Below are positions 35,410-40,000 of a DNA stretch of 40,000 nucleotides, one piece after another. Position 1 is the first letter of the stretch, and each line of letters starts with the position of its first letter. Origin of the DNA: Microbulbifer sp. TB1203 (GTDB lineage Bacteria > Pseudomonadota > Gammaproteobacteria > Pseudomonadales > Cellvibrionaceae); the NCBI RefSeq assembly GCF_030997045.1, contig NZ_CP116899.1, forward strand, positions 282,111 through 322,110, read 5' to 3'. The notes below the pieces were generated by a model that searched no databases, had not been told where the DNA came from, and was given only the letters and a program-made list of their open reading frames with translations. Made by a program: the position numbers and the translations under genes.

Positions 35410-36648
35410 ATGACACAAGCATCCGATCACCGCATGATCGTGGGTCTGGATATCGGCACATCCAAGGTAGTCGCCATCGTCGGCGAGGTCTCCGACAGTG
35501 GCGAGTTGAATATCGTCGGTATCGGTTCGCACAGATCCACCGGGATGAAAAAAGGTGTGGTGGTGAATATCGAATCCACAGTGCAGTCGATTCAGCGCGC
35601 GGTGGAAGAGGCGGAGCTGATGGCCGGTTGTGAGATTCACTCGGTCTACGCGGGCATTGCCGGCAGCCATATCCGCAGCCTGAATTCCCACGGCATAGTG
35701 GCGATCAAGGATCGCGAGGTGACCCAGCAGGACCTGGACCGGGTTATAGACGCCGCGCGCGCGGTGGCCATTCCCGCAGACCAGAAAATCCTGCACACGC
35801 TGCCGCAGGAATTCCTGATCGACAGTCAGGAAGGGGTCAAGGAACCGCTGGGCATGTCCGGCGTGCGCCTGGAGGCGAAGGTGCACCTGGTCAGCGGCGC
35901 GGTGAACGCGGCACAGAATATCGAGAAGTGCATTCGCCGCTGCGGCCTGGAGGTAGAGGACGTCATTCTGGAGCAGTTGGCCTCCAGCTACTCGGTGCTC
36001 ACCGAGGATGAAAAGGAGTTGGGCGTGTGCATGGTGGATATCGGCGGCGGTACCACGGATATCGCCGTGTTCACCGGCGGTGCCATCCGCCACACGGGGG
36101 TGATTCCCATCGCCGGCGATCAGGTGACCAACGATATCGCCATGGCCCTGCGCACACCCACGCCCCACGCGGAGGAGCTGAAAATCAAATACGCCTGCGC
36201 CCTGGCCAAGCTGGCGCGGGAGAGCGAGACCATCAAGGTGCCCAGCGTCGGCGACCGCGCGCCGCGGGACCTGTCGCGGCAGGCGCTGGCTGAAGTGGTT
36301 GAACCGCGCTACGACGAGTTGTTTACGCTGGTGCAGGCGGAATTGCGCCGCAGCGGCTTCGAGGATCTGTGCGCGGCGGGCGTGGTGCTCACCGGTGGCT
36401 CCTCGAAGATGGAGGGCGCGGTGGAACTGGCAGAGGAAATTTTCCATATGCCGGTGCGCCTGGCGGTGCCCCAGGGCATTGCCGGCCTCACCGATATCGT
36501 GAGCAACCCGATTTATTCCACCGGCGTGGGCCTGCTGATGTACGCCATGCAGCGGGAGGAAAGCAGCGATGCCACCAGGCCCCGCCCGGTGCGCAATGAA
36601 AACCAGTGGTGGGACAAAGTGAAACACTGGTTCCGCGGGAACCTTTGA
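35410..36648 (+). CDS. ftsA: cell division protein FtsA
   Basis: 412 aa, actin-like ATPase (VGLDIGTSKVVAIVGE, DIGGGTTDIAVF), with a C-terminal amphipathic helix (WWDKVKHWFRGNL). Confidence 0.93.
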   Translation: MTQASDHRMIVGLDIGTSKVVAIVGEVSDSGELNIVGIGSHRSTGMKKGVVVNIESTVQSIQRAVEEAELMAGCEIHSVYAGIAGSHIRSLNSHGIVAIKDREVTQQDLDRVIDAARAVAIPADQKILHTLPQEFLIDSQEGVKEPLGMSGVRLEAKVHLVSGAVNAAQNIEKCIRRCGLEVEDVILEQLASSYSVLTEDEKELGVCMVDIGGGTTDIAVFTGGAIRHTGVIPIAGDQVTNDIAMALRTPTPHAEELKIKYACALAKLARESETIKVPSVGDRAPRDLSRQALAEVVEPRYDELFTLVQAELRRSGFEDLCAAGVVLTGGSSKMEGAVELAEEIFHMPVRLAVPQGIAGLTDIVSNPIYSTGVGLLMYAMQREESSDATRPRPVRNENQWWDKVKHWFRGNL

Positions 36649-36650
36649 TG

Positions 36651-36699
36651 AATGCGGAATGCGGAATGCGGAATGCGGAATGCGGAATGCGGAATGCGG
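36651..36699 (+). repeat. heptanucleotide microsatellite (AATGCGG)x7
   Basis: Seven perfect tandem copies beginning 3 nt after the ftsA stop codon. Confidence 0.95.
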
Positions 36700-36714
36700 T
36701 ATTAATTCGACCGC

Positions 36715-36745
36715 GTAGGATGGGCAAAGCGCAGCGTGCCCATCA
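36715..36745 (+). repeat. family-D REP (GTAGGATGGGCAAAGCGCAGCGTGCCCATCA)
   Basis: 31/31 identical to 34514-34544. It forms the hairpin GATGGGCA/TGCCCATC. Confidence 0.9.
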
Positions 36746-36797
36746 ATAAATCAGGAACGAACAACAATTTTGGCATGAGCAAAAAAGGGGAACAGAG

Positions 36798-37994
36798 ATG
36801 TTCGAACTAGTCGATAGCGTACAGGACAAGCCTGTCATCAAAGTGATCGGCGTTGGCGGCGGCGGCGGCAATGCTGTGAAGCATATGATCGTCAGCGAAG
36901 TGGAAGGTGTGGATTTCATCTGCGCCAACACCGACGCCCAGGCGCTGAAGGATATTCAGGCGCGCACCATCCTGCAGTTGGGCAACAACATCACCCGCGG
37001 CCTGGGTGCCGGTGCCAATCCGGAGGTGGGACGCCAGTCGGCTCTGGAGGACCGCGAGCGTATCGCCGAGGTGCTGCAGGGCGCGGACATGGTGTTTATC
37101 ACCGCGGGCATGGGTGGCGGTACCGGCACCGGCGGCGCGCCGATCGTAGCGGAGATCGCCAAGGACCTGGGTATTCTCACCGTGGCGGTGGTTACCCGCC
37201 CATTCAAGATCGAGGGGCGCAAGCGGGCACAGGTGGCCGAGGAGGGCATCCTCGAACTGCGCGACAAGGTGGACTCGCTGATCAGTATCCCCAACGACCG
37301 CCTGCTGGAGGTGCTGGGCAGCAAGGTGACCATGAAGGGTGCCTACAAAGAGGCTGACAATGTGCTGCTGGGCGCAGTCCAGGGTATCGCCGACCTGATG
37401 ATCCGCCCCGGCATCATGAACGTGGACTTTGCCGACGTGCGCACCGTTATGTCCGAGATGGGCATGGCGATGATGGGCTCCGGCTCGGCGGTGGGCGAGA
37501 ATCGCGCCCGCGAGGCGGCGGAGAAAGCGGTGCGCAGCCCGCTGCTGGACAACGTCAACCTGCAGGGCGCCCGCGGCATCCTGGTGAATATCATCACCGG
37601 CAGCGAAGAGGGCGGCTGCCAGGAGCTGACCCTGGGCGAGTACTCCGAAGTGGGTGAAATCGTCCAGGAGATCGCCTCCGACGACGCTACCGTGGTGATC
37701 GGTACTGCGGTGGACGACAAGCTGGGTGACGAGATGCGGGTCACCGTGGTGGCCGCGGGTTTGGGTGAGGGCGCCCAGCAAGCGGCGCGCCCCACCAAGG
37801 TGGTGGACAACACCCGCCGCGCGGAGATGCGCGATACCCGCGATTCCTCGGCTCTGGGTGGTCGCGAGAGTGCGGACAACCGCGCGCGGGTCGAGAGCGA
37901 GCGTCCCAAGCGCCCGGCCCCGACGCTGAATCCGGCGGATGCGGATATGGAGTACCTGGATATCCCCGCGTTCCTGCGCCGCCAGGCGGATTAG
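36798..37994 (+). CDS. ftsZ: cell division GTPase FtsZ
   Basis: 398 aa with the tubulin signature GGGTGTG, NTDAQAL, and a C-terminal conserved peptide DYLDIPAFLRRQAD. Confidence 0.95.
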   Translation: MFELVDSVQDKPVIKVIGVGGGGGNAVKHMIVSEVEGVDFICANTDAQALKDIQARTILQLGNNITRGLGAGANPEVGRQSALEDRERIAEVLQGADMVFITAGMGGGTGTGGAPIVAEIAKDLGILTVAVVTRPFKIEGRKRAQVAEEGILELRDKVDSLISIPNDRLLEVLGSKVTMKGAYKEADNVLLGAVQGIADLMIRPGIMNVDFADVRTVMSEMGMAMMGSGSAVGENRAREAAEKAVRSPLLDNVNLQGARGILVNIITGSEEGGCQELTLGEYSEVGEIVQEIASDDATVVIGTAVDDKLGDEMRVTVVAAGLGEGAQQAARPTKVVDNTRRAEMRDTRDSSALGGRESADNRARVESERPKRPAPTLNPADADMEYLDIPAFLRRQAD

Positions 37995-38444
37995 GCTGGG
38001 ACAAATCGGCAGGATTGCCGATTTGGACGCCGCAGGCGCCCGCAAAGCGGAGAGCGCCAGGGATGGGGCGAATCACCGCGGAGTTCCAGCTCCGCATGCG
38101 GGCTCGCCGGTGCGGACGGCGCTGTCCGGTCAATAACCCCGTTACCCGGGGCGGAAAACCCTGCTCATGTCACCCGGCCCTCCCCCGGGAGGGCCGGGCC
38201 TCCGCCCCCGGTCAACGCGGGTTAACAATTTTTTACAGCGGTGTGACAGGTACAGGCCGTACAATGATGTTTACAGCCTGGAATTGGCGCCGAAGTCCTC
38301 GCGCTGAGCTATACTGAGGCTAGGGAGCGATGAACTGTACGGAATGACCGTTATGCCAGTTATGGTTTTGGCGTTTGTTTTCTGCTATAGTCGCCGGCTT
38401 GCTGCGGTCTTTGTGCCGCCTCTTTACCAGAGAACACGACATCT

Positions 38445-39356
38445 ATGATCAAACAGCGCACACTCAAGAATGCTATTCGCGCCACCGGCGTGGGACTGCA
38501 CACCGGCAAGAAGGTCGTCCTGACTCTGAAGCCGGCGCCTGTGGATACCGGCATAGTGTTCCGCCGGGTGGACCTGGACCCGGTGGTGGAAATTGAGGCT
38601 CGCGCGGAGAATGTCGGTGACACGCTGCTGTCCACCACCCTGGTCAAAGACGATGTGCGCATCGCCACAGTGGAGCACCTGCTGTCCGCGATGGCCGGCC
38701 TGGGTATCGACAACGCTATCGTCGAGCTTTCCGCCCAGGAAGTGCCGATTATGGACGGCAGTGCCGGCCCCTTCGTGTTCTTGATCCAGTCCGCGGGTAT
38801 CCAGGAGCAATCGGCCCCGAAGAAATTCCTGCGCATCAAGAAGCCGATAACCGTGGAAGAGGGCGACAAGGTAGCCAGCTTTCTGCCGTTCAACGGCTTT
38901 AAAGTGTCTTTCACCATCGATTTCGATCACCCGGTATTCCAGGGGCGCAACCTGACTTCCTCGGTGGACTTTTCCAGCACCTCCTTCGTGAAGGAAGTGA
39001 GCCGTGCGCGCACCTTCGGTTTTATGCACGAGATCGAGTACCTGCGTTCCAAGGGCCTGGTACAGGGCGGCAGCGTGGACAACGCCATTGTGATCGACCA
39101 GTACCGCATTCTGAATGAGGGCGGGTTACGCTACGAAGACGAATTTGTTAAACACAAGATTCTGGACGCCATCGGCGACCTCTACTTGCTGGGCACCAGC
39201 CTGATCGGCGAGTTCAGGGCGCACAAGTCCGGTCACGCCCTCAATAACAAATCCCTGCGCACCTTGATGGCGCAGGAGGACGCCTGGGAGATGGTGACCT
39301 TCGAAGACGAAGAGGAAGCGCCTATCTCCTACGTCAAACCGATACTGGCGGTATAG
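38445..39356 (+). CDS. lpxC: UDP-3-O-acyl-N-acetylglucosamine deacetylase LpxC
   Basis: 303 aa with MIKQRTLKN...[18 protein letters not shown] and [12 protein letters not shown] motifs. Confidence 0.94.
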   Translation: MIKQRTLKNAIRATGVGLHTGKKVVLTLKPAPVDTGIVFRRVDLDPVVEIEARAENVGDTLLSTTLVKDDVRIATVEHLLSAMAGLGIDNAIVELSAQEVPIMDGSAGPFVFLIQSAGIQEQSAPKKFLRIKKPITVEEGDKVASFLPFNGFKVSFTIDFDHPVFQGRNLTSSVDFSSTSFVKEVSRARTFGFMHEIEYLRSKGLVQGGSVDNAIVIDQYRILNEGGLRYEDEFVKHKILDAIGDLYLLGTSLIGEFRAHKSGHALNNKSLRTLMAQEDAWEMVTFEDEEEAPISYVKPILAV

Positions 39357-39365
39357 GCTTAGCAG

Positions 39366-39396
39366 AAAACCGGCACGAAAATTGCCGGTTTTTTTG
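39366..39396 (+). terminator. rho-independent terminator after lpxC
   Basis: AAACCGGCA cgaaaat TGCCGGTTT stem-loop running into a T7 tract, 10 nt after the stop codon. Confidence 0.85.
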
Positions 39397-39413
39397 TGAA
39401 GCATACATATGTT

Positions 39414-39441
39414 TGGGCGAACACAAGGTTCGTCCCTGCGG
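39414..39441 (-). repeat. family-C REP (degenerate head GCAGGGACGAACCTTGTGTTCGCCCA on the minus strand)
   Basis: Same CGAAC-acaag-GTTCG hairpin as 7697-7724. Confidence 0.7.
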
Positions 39442-39448
39442 CGCATTC

Positions 39449-39516
39449 TCGTCGTTCCGGCGTAGGCCGGAACCCAGGCGCCACTGGACTGGATACCGGC
39501 CTGCGCCGGTATGACT
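39449..39516. repeat. family-B MITE-like element
   Basis: TCGTCGTTCCGGCGTAG...CTGCGCCGGTATGACTA terminal inverted repeats. The right half is identical to the copy at 11030-11065. Confidence 0.8.
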
Positions 39517-39732
39517 AGTGCTAGAGTATCTACGAGCCCACGAAGCAGTTCCTGACAATTTTGTGCGCTTGTAACAATTTTTGTCAGCTGACAAGTGTTA
39601 CATTGGGCACGTCAGTCAGCTGAACAGCCATCTGGACGGCGTGAGACGAAGCATGGAAGTGGGTAGTCGGGCTTCGGCACAGAGCAATACGAAAACAACA
39701 AATTGTCGTAATTCACACACGCCTGTCCTGTT

Positions 39733-40000
39733 ATGAAAGTAATCCTGGTCAATGAGCGCGGCGGTACGCGCAGCTTTAACTTTGGCGGCCTGAGTAGGGC
39801 GCTGCTGGGGCTGTGTCTGCTGGGTTTACCGGTAGGAGCCTTCTGGATCGGCATCAACCTGCCGGTGGCGGAGACGGATGCCTTCGATTCCCGCACCGCG
39901 AAAGCCTGGAACAAGGCTCTGCGCAAGCAGCAGCAGCAGATCGAAGAGGCCGACCGTCAGGCCCACGAGCAGCTCACGGCATTTACCGTAAAACTGGCGG
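39733..40000 (+). CDS. membrane-anchored coiled-coil protein, 5' partial (possibly an M23/EnvC-like peptidase N-terminus)
   Basis: The frame is open from ATG 39733 to the window edge: MKVILVNERGGTRSFNFGGLSRALLGLCLLGLPVGAFWIG..., then a Q/E-rich coiled-coil. The functional guess rests only on this N-terminal architecture and the position downstream of lpxC. Confidence 0.45.
   Translation, partial: MKVILVNERGGTRSFNFGGLSRALLGLCLLGLPVGAFWIGINLPVAETDAFDSRTAKAWNKALRKQQQQIEEADRQAHEQLTAFTVKLA

Noticed and set aside
36651-36699. Heptamer arrays, and the 21-bp murD repeat, as CRISPR-like arrays.
   Set aside because: The units are directly abutting with no spacers, are far shorter than CRISPR repeats, and no cas genes are present.
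38002-38025. The hairpin right after ftsZ as a rho-independent terminator.
   Set aside because: The stem is good but no U-tract follows (GGACGCCGC), so it cannot be called an intrinsic terminator from sequence alone.
38015-38317. The 100-aa ORF in the ftsZ-lpxC spacer as a small protein gene.
   Set aside because: It has no Shine-Dalgarno, an Arg/Gly/Pro-rich composition, and overlaps GC palindromes. It is most likely non-coding.

Overview
High-GC (about 60%) gammaproteobacterial chromosome segment, with most of the 40 kb explained by conserved genes. The left third carries a GGDEF cyclase, a Yip1-like membrane protein, a LemA/M48 peptidase pair, a thiolase, and the conserved block dolP-diaA-yraN-lpoA divergent from rsmI. 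The right half is a complete dcw cell-wall and division cluster (mraZ-rsmH-ftsL-ftsI-murE-murF-mraY-murD-ftsW-murG-murC-ftsQ-ftsA-ftsZ) followed by lpxC. RNase P RNA (rnpB) lies between rsmI and mraZ. Two accessory insertions occupy this conserved rsmI-rnpB-mraZ neighbourhood. (1) A two-gene islet, ATP-grasp enzyme plus CocE/NonD-family hydrolase, has visibly different codon usage. Its hydrolase ORF is split by an apparently intact group II intron with an RT/maturase ORF, canonical domain V and a branch-point A in domain VI. Removing the intron in silico restores a single reading frame. (2) A TonB-dependent receptor plus a DUF1624-like membrane protein. Further oddities: ddl is missing from its usual murC-ftsQ position and the gap is filled with REP palindromes. 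Several sequence-distinct REP families share a GTAGG head, and copies supply the stop codons of rsmI and yraN and probably the ftsQ start codon. Two copies of a ~130-nt MITE-like element lie in inverted orientation around rnpB...mraZ. Heptanucleotide microsatellites sit next to the rnpB promoter and directly after ftsA. murD carries an in-frame 21-bp x3 tandem repeat. A phased GTGGA array, the expected MraZ operator, follows the mra promoter. No CRISPR array, tRNA, rRNA, transposase or recognisable defence system was seen. All calls come from reading the sequence and translations, and no database search was run.
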